The notes beneath the pieces are model-generated. The model searched no databases. It was not told the origin of the DNA and saw only the letters and a list, made by a program, of their open reading frames with translations. The position numbers and the translations under genes are program-made. Of a stretch of DNA of 64,000 bases, positions 8,928-17,913 are shown one piece after another. Position 1 is the stretch's first letter, and every line of letters begins with the position of its first letter. This stretch comes from Bacillota bacterium (lineage in GTDB: Bacteria; Bacillota; Clostridia; Christensenellales; UMGS416): contig JAEEJN010000078.1 of assembly GCA_016281935.1 (NCBI GenBank), positions 17,059 to 81,058 of the forward strand. The letters run 5' to 3'.

Positions 8928-9875
8928 TTATACCTCCTCGCCTACGCCGGAAGTCAGCTGAATGAACACGTCCTCCAGCGTCACATCCATCGGGCGCATC
9001 TGAAGGATCGGTTTATTGATTCGGGCCATCGCGCGGAACACGTCTTCACGCACGTCCACATCCTTGTCCGATTCAATCATGTAATCCATCGTATTGGGTT
9101 CCTTGCCCACGTTGGTCTCCACATACTTGACGCCGCGGAGATCCATGATCGCCTTGCGGACCGTATTATCGGCTCCCTGAACGCGAACCACCATCCGGGA
9201 AACGTTTCCGGTGGATTTGGTCAGATTCTCAAGGCTGTCCTGCGCCACGAGACGTCCCTGTTCGATGATCACGACACGCTGGCAGACCTCAGAAACCTCA
9301 CTGAGGATATGGGAAGAAAGAATGATCGTATGGCTGCGTCCGAGCTGACGAACCAGCTGACGGATCTCGATGATCTGTCTGGGGTCAAGACCGACAGTGG
9401 GTTCATCCAGGATCAGGACCTCGGGATTTCCCAGAAGAGCTTGAGCGAGACCCACACGCTGTTTATAGCCTTTGGACAGGTTACGGATCATGCGGGGCTG
9501 CATATCGGAAATGCCCACGAGTTCACAGACCTCATCCATCTGCCGCTTCCATTCCTTGCGGGGAATGGATTTCAGGTTGCAGACGAATCCGAGATACTCA
9601 CGGATCGTCATGTCCATATACAGCGGGGGCTGTTCAGGAAGATAACCGATTCTCTTCTTGACTTCCAGGGGATCTTTCAGGATGTCATAGCCATCCACGG
9701 AGCAGGTTCCGAAGGTCGACGAGATATAACCCGTGAGGATGTTCATGGTCGTGGTTTTGCCCGCGCCATTGCGTCCGAGAAAACCAACGATTTCCCCTTC
9801 CTGCACCTCAAAAGTGACTCCGTCCACCACGGTCTTGTCGCCGTAGCGCTTCGTCACATTGTCCACTTTGATCAT
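8928..9875 (-). CDS. ABC transporter ATP-binding protein (GldA-like)
   Basis: 315 aa with Walker A GRNGAGKTT, signature LSKGYKQR and Walker B LILDEP. AAGGAGG SD is present. Confidence 0.92.
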   Translation of the reverse strand: MIKVDNVTKRYGDKTVVDGVTFEVQEGEIVGFLGRNGAGKTTTMNILTGYISSTFGTCSVDGYDILKDPLEVKKRIGYLPEQPPLYMDMTIREYLGFVCNLKSIPRKEWKRQMDEVCELVGISDMQPRMIRNLSKGYKQRVGLAQALLGNPEVLILDEPTVGLDPRQIIEIRQLVRQLGRSHTIILSSHILSEVSEVCQRVVIIEQGRLVAQDSLENLTKSTGNVSRMVVRVQGADNTVRKAIMDLRGVKYVETNVGKEPNTMDYMIESDKDVDVREDVFRAMARINKPILQMRPMDVTLEDVFIQLTSGVGEEV

Positions 9876-10034
9876 AAAAATACCTCCTTTTGTACAAATT
9901 TCATTCTACCATATCTTCCCGATGAGGTTGTAAACAAACTGTGAATTCCTCAGTGCAGGCTGCAGAAGCCGAAACCCGGATGTCATCAGCATATCGAAAT
10001 GCAGGAAAAATGCCTAAAACACGGCGCTTTTAAA

Positions 10035-10063
10035 TTGACCTCACCGTCAGCGGATGCTACACT
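10035..10063 (+). promoter_or_regulatory. candidate promoter of the YhhN-like gene
   Basis: TTGACC-17 nt-TACACT. Confidence 0.5.
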
Positions 10064-10118
10064 GTTAAAGGTAAATGACGTATGTATTTATTCAGATAAC
10101 AAAGAGGCAGCGAACATC

Positions 10119-10868
10119 ATGCGAATTCCGGTGTTCTCCGTCTCGGAAAGAGGTCCCAGCATGTCGGTCTGCATCCTTCTGATCTGTTTCGGATTCATTT
10201 CTGCCGCATGTTTCCTACATCAATCTATCCGGCGCTCTTACGCGGCAGCCGTCCTCCTCAAATCTTTGGCTTCCACCCTGTTCGTTATAACCGGGATCTG
10301 TGCCTGCAGCGGGTCCGTGAAAATGGCATCCGCAGACATCCTTGTTCTGTCGGGACTGATCTTCGGTCTTCTCGGAGATATCTGGCTCGGACTCAGACCT
10401 GTGATCCCAAAAGAAGATTCCACATTCCTTTACTCGGGTTTCAGTGCCTTCTCAGTCGGACATATCCTGTTCATGATCGGACTGATCCTGGGATTCGGTT
10501 CCGCTTCGCGGCCTGTATTCCTGATCCTTCCGTTCATCCTCGCAGCTCTTGCATCTACAGGATTCATGCTTCTAGAAAAACCCATGCAGCTGGATTACGG
10601 ACAGATGAGGATCGTCTGCTTTATCTATGGCTTTCTTCTGTTCGCCATGCTTTTCACGACCGGAAGTCTCATGTTGGTGCATGGTTTCCGAAGCCTTACT
10701 CTCAATCTGTTCTCCGGAGGCGCCGTGTTGTTTGTGCTATCCGATCTGATCCTGAGCAGATCTTTCTTCGGAAAAGGACATAACCGGCCGGCAGATCAAA
10801 TCGCCAACATCCTCACCTATTATGCTGCGCAGTTCCTGATCGCATTCTCTCTTTTATTCCTGCACTGA
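10119..10868 (+). CDS. YhhN/lysoplasmalogenase-family membrane protein
   Basis: About 249 aa and polytopic. I prefer the ATG at 10119 (AGAGG SD) or at 10161, because the track start at 9999 precedes the predicted promoter. The family call is by overall pattern only. Confidence 0.65.
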   Translation: MRIPVFSVSERGPSMSVCILLICFGFISAACFLHQSIRRSYAAAVLLKSLASTLFVITGICACSGSVKMASADILVLSGLIFGLLGDIWLGLRPVIPKEDSTFLYSGFSAFSVGHILFMIGLILGFGSASRPVFLILPFILAALASTGFMLLEKPMQLDYGQMRIVCFIYGFLLFAMLFTTGSLMLVHGFRSLTLNLFSGGAVLFVLSDLILSRSFFGKGHNRPADQIANILTYYAAQFLIAFSLLFLH

Positions 10869-12143
10869 CGTAGGCTCCGCACCTTCATCCTTTTCCCCGT
10901 TCCGGTCGGTCTTATTCACCAAGATCTTGCTGAACAGGATTCGCTGCGAAGGATACAGACTGGAATAGCCCGAGAACGCATAAGCCAACGCACAGGCGAG
11001 CGCATAAAACGGAAGTCCTTCTCCGCCGAACAGTTCAAGGGCAAGAATAACGGAAGCCAGCGGACTGTTGACGGCACCGCAGAACACAGAGATCATCCCT
11101 ACAGCAGCCGCACAACCCGCAGGAATCCCGAGGATCGGACCTGCAACACACCCAAACGTTGCTCCAACGAAAAAGGAAGGAACGACCTCACCACCCTTAA
11201 AGCCCGTTCCGAGCGTCAAAGCCGTAAACAGGAGTTTCAAAAGGAACGCGCAGGAAAAAGCTCTGCCTTCCTCGATCGCTGCAGCGATCACTCCCATGCC
11301 TGCGCCGTTGTAATCCTGCGTTCCGAGAAGAAAGGTCAATCCGGCAATCATCAGCCCCCCAAGCGCGATGCGAAAATAGGGATTGGTGATTCTCCCTGCC
11401 AGCCGGTGTTCAGTGAAGTGGATCGTTTCCACAAAGAGAACGGACAGAATCGCACAGAGGATCCCGAGGACCGCGACGCGGATCAGCAGGAACCAGTCGA
11501 ATGAAGGCACCGTCACCCGGAAGCGGGTCGGCTCCACACCGCAAAGCATGGAAACGCCATAAGCAGTATAGGATGCGACCAGAGCCGGAAGCAGTTCTCT
11601 GTGCCGGACTTCTCCTACGGAGGCGATGCCGAGCGCAAAAAAAGTGGCACCGACGGGAGTCCCGAACAAAGCGGAAAAGAACGCGGCCATTCCTACCATG
11701 GTCGTGCTTTTTCTGTCCTCCTCATCCAGTCTGAAAAGCCGGCCTGTATGAAAGCCCAGACTTCCTCCCATCTGAAGAGCCGCGCCTTCACGTCCTGCCG
11801 ATCCGCCGCCCAGATGCGTAAGGACCGTGGAAACAAAGATTGCAGGAAGGAGCGCCAGGGGCAGTCCTTTGCCGTGCAGAAGTTCTTCCACGACGTCATT
11901 GGTCCCCTTGCCCTGCGTCTTTGTATACTGATAGATCGCAACAATCCCAAGGCCTATCACGGGGAGCAGCCACAGGATCCACGAATGAGCAAGACGGAGC
12001 TCAGTCACCTTTTCCACGCCGATATGGAAAGCCGTCCCGATGATCCCGGACAGCGCGCCGATCAGGACAGACAGAGCGAGCCAGAGTGCAAGACGTTTCA
12101 CGATCGGCCAGACAATCTGTGCTCTCGACGTTATATTTTTCAT
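10854..12143 (-). CDS. voltage-gated chloride channel (ClC) family protein
   Basis: 429 aa with ClC selectivity motifs GSAGREGA and GGEVVPSFFVG. AAGAGG SD is present. Confidence 0.9.
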   Translation of the reverse strand: MKNITSRAQIVWPIVKRLALWLALSVLIGALSGIIGTAFHIGVEKVTELRLAHSWILWLLPVIGLGIVAIYQYTKTQGKGTNDVVEELLHGKGLPLALLPAIFVSTVLTHLGGGSAGREGAALQMGGSLGFHTGRLFRLDEEDRKSTTMVGMAAFFSALFGTPVGATFFALGIASVGEVRHRELLPALVASYTAYGVSMLCGVEPTRFRVTVPSFDWFLLIRVAVLGILCAILSVLFVETIHFTEHRLAGRITNPYFRIALGGLMIAGLTFLLGTQDYNGAGMGVIAAAIEEGRAFSCAFLLKLLFTALTLGTGFKGGEVVPSFFVGATFGCVAGPILGIPAGCAAAVGMISVFCGAVNSPLASVILALELFGGEGLPFYALACALAYAFSGYSSLYPSQRILFSKILVNKTDRNGEKDEGAEPTSVQE

Positions 12144-12308
12144 TACAAACCTCTTTTCAAAGAAAATCCTTTGGTATTATAATCGCATGCCATAAACGAA
12201 GCAAGCATGCAGGCACTCGCCGTCCACAGCATCCCGTCAGCCGTCCTTCTTGCACGGGAGACTCAATCGTGATAGTATACAAGACAGTCTTCTGAAACGG
12301 AGGAACCT

Positions 12309-13157
12309 ATGAAAAGCACTCGATCCGGCGTTCTGTCCGTTCTGTGCGCAGCAGTCCTTTTCAGTACCGGCGGTCTCCTGATCAAACTGATCCCATGGTC
12401 TGCCATGGCGATCAACGGAGCCCGAAGCCTCATTTCCACGATCCTGATCGGGCTATATCTTTGGACCACAAAACAGAAGATCCGGTTTTCGCCGGGCATC
12501 GTTCTCGGGGCGGTCGCCACTTTCCTCACTTGTTCTCTGTTCATACTGGCCAACAAGATGACGACAGCTGCCAATGCGATCATCCTCCAGTATACGGCAC
12601 CCGTTTTTCTGATCCTGTTCATGGCCTTGTTCTTCCGCGAGAAACCCGGAGGGCTCGATATACTGACCTGCATCCTGGTTTTTGCAGGGATCGTCCTGTT
12701 TTTCCTTGACAGTCTGAGTACAGGCCATTACGCAGGCGACCTGATTGCGCTTGTTGCGGGGATGAGCTATGCCGGGGTCTTCATGCTGAACCGTCTTCCA
12801 GGAGCTCATCCCATCTCATCCGTTATCATCGGCCACGGCCTCTGCGCCGTGATCGGCCTGCCTTCCATTCTTCACGAAACGGATTTCAGTCCGAGCACGC
12901 TTCTATGGATCGCTCTTCTGGGTATGTTCCAGATGGCTCTGGCTTACATTCTGCTATGTCACGGCCTGAAATCGGTATCTCCCGTCACATCGTCCCTCAT
13001 TACGGGAATTGAACCGATTCTTTCCCCCATACTGGTCATGATGGTCTTCCCTTCCGAAAAGCTCAGTCCCCTGGCCATTGCAGGCGCTTTTCTCGTCATC
13101 GTCACGGTCCTTGTCTACAATGTCCTGAAGGCGAAGCGGATGCGTACGGACGGATAA
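12309..13157 (+). CDS. EamA/DMT-family transporter
   Basis: 282 aa with 10 TM helices arranged as two EamA-like halves. GGAGGAA SD is present. Confidence 0.85.
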   Translation: MKSTRSGVLSVLCAAVLFSTGGLLIKLIPWSAMAINGARSLISTILIGLYLWTTKQKIRFSPGIVLGAVATFLTCSLFILANKMTTAANAIILQYTAPVFLILFMALFFREKPGGLDILTCILVFAGIVLFFLDSLSTGHYAGDLIALVAGMSYAGVFMLNRLPGAHPISSVIIGHGLCAVIGLPSILHETDFSPSTLLWIALLGMFQMALAYILLCHGLKSVSPVTSSLITGIEPILSPILVMMVFPSEKLSPLAIAGAFLVIVTVLVYNVLKAKRMRTDG

Positions 13158-13220
13158 CGATACGACTCCAAACGATCTTCCGATGTCCCTCATCTCCCGT
13201 ATGCAAGTTTTCAGAAACAG

Positions 13221-13254
13221 AGAAAGCCTCCAAGCAGACACTTGGAGGCTTTCT
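13221..13254. terminator. bidirectional hairpin between convergent genes
   Basis: AGAAAGCCTCCAAG-cagaca-CTTGGAGGCTTTCT (14-bp perfect stem). The flanking T-runs are weak. Confidence 0.6.
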
Positions 13255-13292
13255 GAATCAACGGCCCGATTCGAAGGCCGAAAGAGAGATCG

Positions 13293-13892
13293 TCAGTTCA
13301 GATCCAGATCTTTGACATGGAGAGGCGTTTTCAGCCAGGGTTCAAGATCCTGCATCAGGATATCGGGAAGCTTTTCGTCCTGATACTCGATAATCATATC
13401 GTCCTCGTCAAAAATGGAGATCGCAGCATCACCGAGACGCGCAGCGCATTCGCGCATGGCCGGGAACCCGTCGAGTTTCAGATGATTGGCAAAAGTGACG
13501 AAGCGCTGGATATTGTCCGTCACGAGGATGAAATACTCCGCAGGCATGGAAACGGTATAATCGGCCACGACCATCTGCTCATCCGAAGGCACCGTCGCGG
13601 CAAATTCATCCAGTTCTTCCGCAGTCAAGCGGATCACGCTCTCATCATACAGAGAAGGATGGAGCTTCTGGATCACGCACTGATAACCACGCTTGAGATT
13701 CACGACGTCGACGACGTCTTCGAGCTCCTGCAGCTGTTTGGCGCCGCGGATCATGGAAAACTCGTACAGCTGATACTGCACTTCCAGATTGTGCACGATG
13801 GAACGAATGAGACGTCCCGGAATAATGCGTCCCTGCGGGGACTGGATCCGGATCGCATGATCCGAAATACGGATGTCGCATTGATATGCCAT
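13293..13892 (-). CDS. hypothetical acidic cytoplasmic protein, no recognised domain
   Basis: 199 aa with an AGAGGTG SD and its own consensus promoter. I recognise no motif. Confidence 0.7.
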   Translation of the reverse strand: MAYQCDIRISDHAIRIQSPQGRIIPGRLIRSIVHNLEVQYQLYEFSMIRGAKQLQELEDVVDVVNLKRGYQCVIQKLHPSLYDESVIRLTAEELDEFAATVPSDEQMVVADYTVSMPAEYFILVTDNIQRFVTFANHLKLDGFPAMRECAARLGDAAISIFDEDDMIIEYQDEKLPDILMQDLEPWLKTPLHVKDLDLN

Positions 13893-13924
13893 AGGTATAC
13901 ACCTCTACAATTCAATCTATTTCC

Positions 13925-13953
13925 ATGATAACTTCACAGAATAACTCTGTCAA
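13925..13953 (-). promoter_or_regulatory. consensus-like sigma-A promoter of the 199-aa hypothetical gene
   Basis: Minus strand reads TTGACA-17 nt-TATCAT. Confidence 0.65.
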
Positions 13954-13973
13954 GGAAAAAACCCCTGAGGACT

Positions 13974-14384
13974 CTATTTTTTCTTTACGAAGACCAGAAG
14001 CTTGCTGAGGATATAGTTCGCTGCGATCTCCACGATCTGAGACAGGATCTTTCCCGCCATTTCGGGCAGATGCAGCCATTCCACACAGGCATACAGGATC
14101 CCGGTGCCGAGAACGAGCGTGAATAGCCTGGATGCCACAAAGGAAACAAGTTCCCTGAGCAGGACTTTCGGTTCCCATACGTTCGAACGGAACACCCATG
14201 CCTTGTTCGTAAAGAAAGCGAACAGAACAGCTGCGATCCATGAGATGATCTGCGAAATGAGATACGGGATCTTCATCTGCAGGCCAAGCCAGAAGACGAC
14301 CGTGGAAATGACCGTGGTGCAGCCACCGAAGAACAGATACCTTATCCCCTCTTTTTCCCAAAGCTTACGGATCAGTCCGATCAT
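13974..14384 (-). CDS. GtrA-family membrane protein
   Basis: 136 aa with 4 TM helices and the typical GtrA N-terminus YLFFGGCTTVISTVVFW. Its ATG overlaps the htpG stop (ATGA). Confidence 0.85.
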   Translation of the reverse strand: MIGLIRKLWEKEGIRYLFFGGCTTVISTVVFWLGLQMKIPYLISQIISWIAAVLFAFFTNKAWVFRSNVWEPKVLLRELVSFVASRLFTLVLGTGILYACVEWLHLPEMAGKILSQIVEIAANYILSKLLVFVKKK

Positions 14385-16225
14385 GATTCCTCCGGAAGCT
14401 GATGGCTCAGCAGTCGCTGGCTGCGTGCAAGGAACTCAGCCATGTCTTTGCGTTCCATAAGTCCTGCGGAAAGCCTGGCCAGATCATAGATCTGTCTGCA
14501 CAGCTCGTCCTGTTCCTTCCCTTCCCGCTCAAGTTCTGCGATCCTGCGGATCACAGGGCTAGCCGCGTTCAGGCAAAGGCGCATCTGTCCCAGAGTGAAA
14601 TCCTCCATTCCGGAAGACCATCCCCGGGCCACGCTCATCTCCTGGAAACGCCTCGCTTCCTCATCCAGCTGCACGACCGCGGGCACTTCCTCTTCGCGAA
14701 GAGGCTGAAGATCGACTTTCAGGCTGTCGCGTCCGACAGCTCTGCGGAAAGCAGTCTCGAGCGCATTCTGATCGGACAGATCGATTTCTCCTTCACTTTT
14801 GAGCTTCTGAGGGAGTTTAGCGTCCACACGGGAAAACGTGACGCCTTCGTTCTTCTCCTCCAGGAACTGCATGAAAGGCACGTCCAAGGCGATATCCATC
14901 AGAAGGACCTGCATGCCTTCTTTCTGATACAGGCTCACGTAGCCGGCCTGGGCTTCACCGTCCTGCGCGTAATAGACTTCCTTCTCATGTCCGGCATCGA
15001 TCGCTTTTGTCAGATAATCCTGCAGCGTAGTGAAGCCGCCGCCGGCCAGAGGGAAGATCAGGTGCTCACGCATGCGGTCGTAGAACTTCTGATCCCGCAG
15101 ACATCCGTATTCGATGAACGGCCGGATATCGTTCCAGTATTTCTCATAGGCTTCGCGGTCGTTCTTCTCCATGGAGATCAGACGGTCAGCAACTTTCCTG
15201 GCGATGAAATCGGGGATACGAGCGACGTCCCGGTCTTTCTGCAGCGCGGAACGGGAGACGTTAAGAGGCAGATCCGGACAGTCCACGACGCCCTTGAGCA
15301 TCATGAGATAATCCGGAATGACCTCCTGGACGTTGTCCGCGACGAACACCTGCGAATTGTACAGTTTGATCGTGCCCTCAAGTGTCTGGGCCGTATGAGA
15401 GATCTTCGGGAAATACAGGATGCCCTGGAGGCGGAGAGGATAATCCGCATTCAGATGGACCCAGAACAGGGGCTCGTTGAAATCACGGAAGACTTTATGA
15501 TAGAAATCACGATAGTCTTCCTCCGTACATTCAGAGGCAGGCCGCATCCACAGGGGCCTGACGTCGTTGATGGGTTTCTCTTCCTCATCCGGTTTCTCAG
15601 ATCCGTCCTTCAGATAGATCGGATAAGGCAGGAAAGCACAGTATTTGTCCAAGACTTCCAGCGTTTCGTACTTTGTCAGATACTTCTTGGATTCCTCGTT
15701 CAGATACAGGGTCACCGTCGTGCCGTGTTCGGAGCGGGTTCCGTCTTCCATTTCATAGTCCGTATCGCCTTCGCAGCGCCAGAACACGGGAACGGAATCC
15801 GGTACGCAGGAAAGCGTCTCGATCTCCACCTTGTCAGCCGCCATGAACGCGGAATAGAATCCCATGCCGAAATGGCCGATGATCCCCTGCCCTTCTCCTT
15901 CCTGGTACTTCTCCAGGAATGCGGCAGCGGAAGAAAATGCGACCTGATTGATATAAGTGCGCACTTCATCGGCCGACATGCCGATGCCGTTGTCGGCAAA
16001 AGCAATCGTACCCTTGTCTTTGTCGATCGTCACGTCCACCCGGTAATCAATCTCTTCCGCCGGGATCTCTCCGAGCGAGACCAGACGTCTGCATTTGGTG
16101 ATTGCATCCATGCAGTTGGAGACCAGTTCCCGGATGAAGATATCCTGATCCGAATACAGCCACCGCTTGATGATGGGGAAAATATTTTCACTGTTGATTG
16201 AGATACGACCGTTTTCACGATCCAT
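14381..16225 (-). CDS. htpG: molecular chaperone HtpG (Hsp90)
   Basis: 614 aa. The GHKL ATPase N-terminus reads IFIRELVSNCMDA...DNGIGM...GHFGMGFYSAF. Length and middle/C-terminal domains fit bacterial Hsp90. Confidence 0.95.
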   Translation of the reverse strand: MDRENGRISINSENIFPIIKRWLYSDQDIFIRELVSNCMDAITKCRRLVSLGEIPAEEIDYRVDVTIDKDKGTIAFADNGIGMSADEVRTYINQVAFSSAAAFLEKYQEGEGQGIIGHFGMGFYSAFMAADKVEIETLSCVPDSVPVFWRCEGDTDYEMEDGTRSEHGTTVTLYLNEESKKYLTKYETLEVLDKYCAFLPYPIYLKDGSEKPDEEEKPINDVRPLWMRPASECTEEDYRDFYHKVFRDFNEPLFWVHLNADYPLRLQGILYFPKISHTAQTLEGTIKLYNSQVFVADNVQEVIPDYLMMLKGVVDCPDLPLNVSRSALQKDRDVARIPDFIARKVADRLISMEKNDREAYEKYWNDIRPFIEYGCLRDQKFYDRMREHLIFPLAGGGFTTLQDYLTKAIDAGHEKEVYYAQDGEAQAGYVSLYQKEGMQVLLMDIALDVPFMQFLEEKNEGVTFSRVDAKLPQKLKSEGEIDLSDQNALETAFRRAVGRDSLKVDLQPLREEEVPAVVQLDEEARRFQEMSVARGWSSGMEDFTLGQMRLCLNAASPVIRRIAELEREGKEQDELCRQIYDLARLSAGLMERKDMAEFLARSQRLLSHQLPEES

Positions 16226-16238
16226 TGAGATTCACTTC

Positions 16239-16589
16239 CTATTCGTTGAGATTGATGACCGCATCGAATGTGAGATCCACGCCTTCATCCGCGAAGACCG
16301 CGTGTCCGCAGCCGGAGGGCGTCGAGATGATATCTCCCGGTTCCACAGCAGTCATCGTGCCGTTGTCATCCACATGACCGCACCCTGCAATGAAATGAAA
16401 AACTTCCGTTTCTCCTTCGTGCACATGATAGCCGATCGAAGCTCCCGCGGGAACGGTGATCTGAGCGTGCAGACGGCAATGAGGCGGCAGAGTTTCCCCC
16501 TCCTGAAGATGGAGCAGCGTGACCGTTCCTTCTCCGCCGCGCATGTGCTCATTATACTGTGTGCGCATCGCATCTTTCCGGATTTTCAT
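16239..16589 (-). CDS. cupin domain-containing protein
   Basis: 116 aa. The cupin motifs read GYHVHEGETEVFHF and PSGCGHAV. TAGGAGG SD is present. Confidence 0.8.
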   Translation of the reverse strand: MKIRKDAMRTQYNEHMRGGEGTVTLLHLQEGETLPPHCRLHAQITVPAGASIGYHVHEGETEVFHFIAGCGHVDDNGTMTAVEPGDIISTPSGCGHAVFADEGVDLTFDAVINLNE

Positions 16590-16602
16590 TTTCTACCTCC
16601 TA

Positions 16603-16628
16603 TTCAAAGGACGGAACTGAGTCCGTCC
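16603..16628 (-). terminator. probable terminator of hom
   Basis: Minus strand reads GGACGGA-ctcagt-TCCGTCC followed by TTTGAAT. It abuts the SD of the cupin gene. Confidence 0.5.
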
Positions 16629-16638
16629 GCAAATCACT

Positions 16639-17913
16639 TTATTCCATTTCTTCCATCCGGATTCTCAAGACACTTCCTACTTCCGGCAGTGCCCGGATAT
16701 CCACAAGGGCCGCGCGCATGGCCTGCTCCCTGCAGGGATAGGTCGTGACGATGACCGGCACCCGCTCCGCTTTCTCGGCCCTTCGGGGCTGTGTCACGGA
16801 TGCAGCCGACAGACCGTAGTGTGACAAAATCCCGAACAGCTTCGCCATGACGCCGGATTTGTCTTCCACGTGCAGGCAGAGGAAGTTGCCGCAGATCCAG
16901 TCCTCATCCAGATACGGCCTGTTGCTTTCCTGGAAATCCACCGCGGGATGGACCTGCCTCGTAGCGACTTTCACCATGTCGCTCACGACGGAAGATGCGG
17001 TCGGCATATCTCCCGCGCCTTTTCCGGAAAGCATGATGTCCTCCACGGCGTTGCCGCGGATATAAACTGCATTATAGGCACCCGAAACAGAAGCAATGGG
17101 GTGTCTGTTGGGAAGAAACGCGGGATGCACGTGAAGCTGGAGCCGTCCGTCCTTTTCCTTTGCCACGGCCAGTGATTTCAGGGTGTAGCCCATATCGGCG
17201 CCGAACTGCAGCGCTTCCCTCGTCAGGGAAGAGATGCCTTCACAGTATACGTCATCCACAGTCACGGATTTTCCGAAAGCCAGGGTGGACAGGATAGCAA
17301 GTTTGCAGGTGGCGTCCGCACCTTCCACGTCAGCAGTGGGATCGGGTTCGGCAAGACCTTTTTCCTGCGCTTCCGCGAGTGCGTCTTCATATTCCATCCC
17401 TTCGCTCATGCGGCTCAGGATATAGTTGCAGGTACCGTTGATGATGCCCATGATGGACTCGACCCTGTTGCTCTGAAGAGAAGACAGGAGCGTCTCGATC
17501 ACGGGGATGCCGCCGCAGACGGAAGCTTCGAAATACAGCCCTGCGCCGGTCTTCATTGCCGCTGCTGACAGTCTCGGCCAGGCGTTGGCCAAAGCCTGCT
17601 TGTTGGCGGTCACAACTGATTTTCCAGCGAGCAGCATGCGTTCCATGTAGGTCGCGGCAGGCTCGATGCCGCCCATGAATTCCGCGACCAGCGTGATATC
17701 GGGATCGTTCACGATTTCGTCAACATCCACAGTCAGTCTGTCACGGCTGACCTTGACCCGTCTGGGCCGGTCCAGATCGCGGACAAGGATCCTGTCCACT
17801 GAGAACGCCAGATCCGAACGGGAGGCAAACGCTTCCTTCTGCATGTCCAGCAGGCGGTAGACACCGCAGCCGACGTTGCCCAGCCCTAAAAATGCGGTAT
17901 GGATCGTTTTCAT
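16639..17913 (-). CDS. hom: homoserine dehydrogenase with C-terminal ACT domain
   Basis: 424 aa with N-terminal Rossmann segment FLGLGNVGCGV, the central homoserine dehydrogenase catalytic region, and an ACT-like tail. Its start overlaps the coaX stop. Confidence 0.9.
   Translation of the reverse strand: MKTIHTAFLGLGNVGCGVYRLLDMQKEAFASRSDLAFSVDRILVRDLDRPRRVKVSRDRLTVDVDEIVNDPDITLVAEFMGGIEPAATYMERMLLAGKSVVTANKQALANAWPRLSAAAMKTGAGLYFEASVCGGIPVIETLLSSLQSNRVESIMGIINGTCNYILSRMSEGMEYEDALAEAQEKGLAEPDPTADVEGADATCKLAILSTLAFGKSVTVDDVYCEGISSLTREALQFGADMGYTLKSLAVAKEKDGRLQLHVHPAFLPNRHPIASVSGAYNAVYIRGNAVEDIMLSGKGAGDMPTASSVVSDMVKVATRQVHPAVDFQESNRPYLDEDWICGNFLCLHVEDKSGVMAKLFGILSHYGLSAASVTQPRRAEKAERVPVIVTTYPCREQAMRAALVDIRALPEVGSVLRIRMEEME

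Noticed and set aside
12263-12673. 136-aa minus-strand ORF overlapping the start of the EamA gene. Other 60-130-aa ORFs are embedded in or antisense to annotated genes, for example 484-801, 3911-4303, 13183-13383, 36791-36973 and 39950-40156.
   Set aside because: None has an SD or a recognisable motif, and all overlap better-supported genes or intergenic regulatory elements.
14402-16201. 599-aa ORF antisense to htpG. Similar very long antisense ORFs occur at 6587-8140, 5604-6485, 26587-27678, 27834-28895, 29891-30943, 35624-36691, 38698-39837, 44547-45617, 45604-46455, 47749-48627 and 52467-53783.
   Set aside because: Each lies exactly opposite a gene with clear family motifs and a good SD. 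The antisense products are low-complexity (Arg/His/Asp/Gly-rich), lack SD sites and match no motif I know. Stop-free antisense frames are an expected by-product of GC-rich codon usage.
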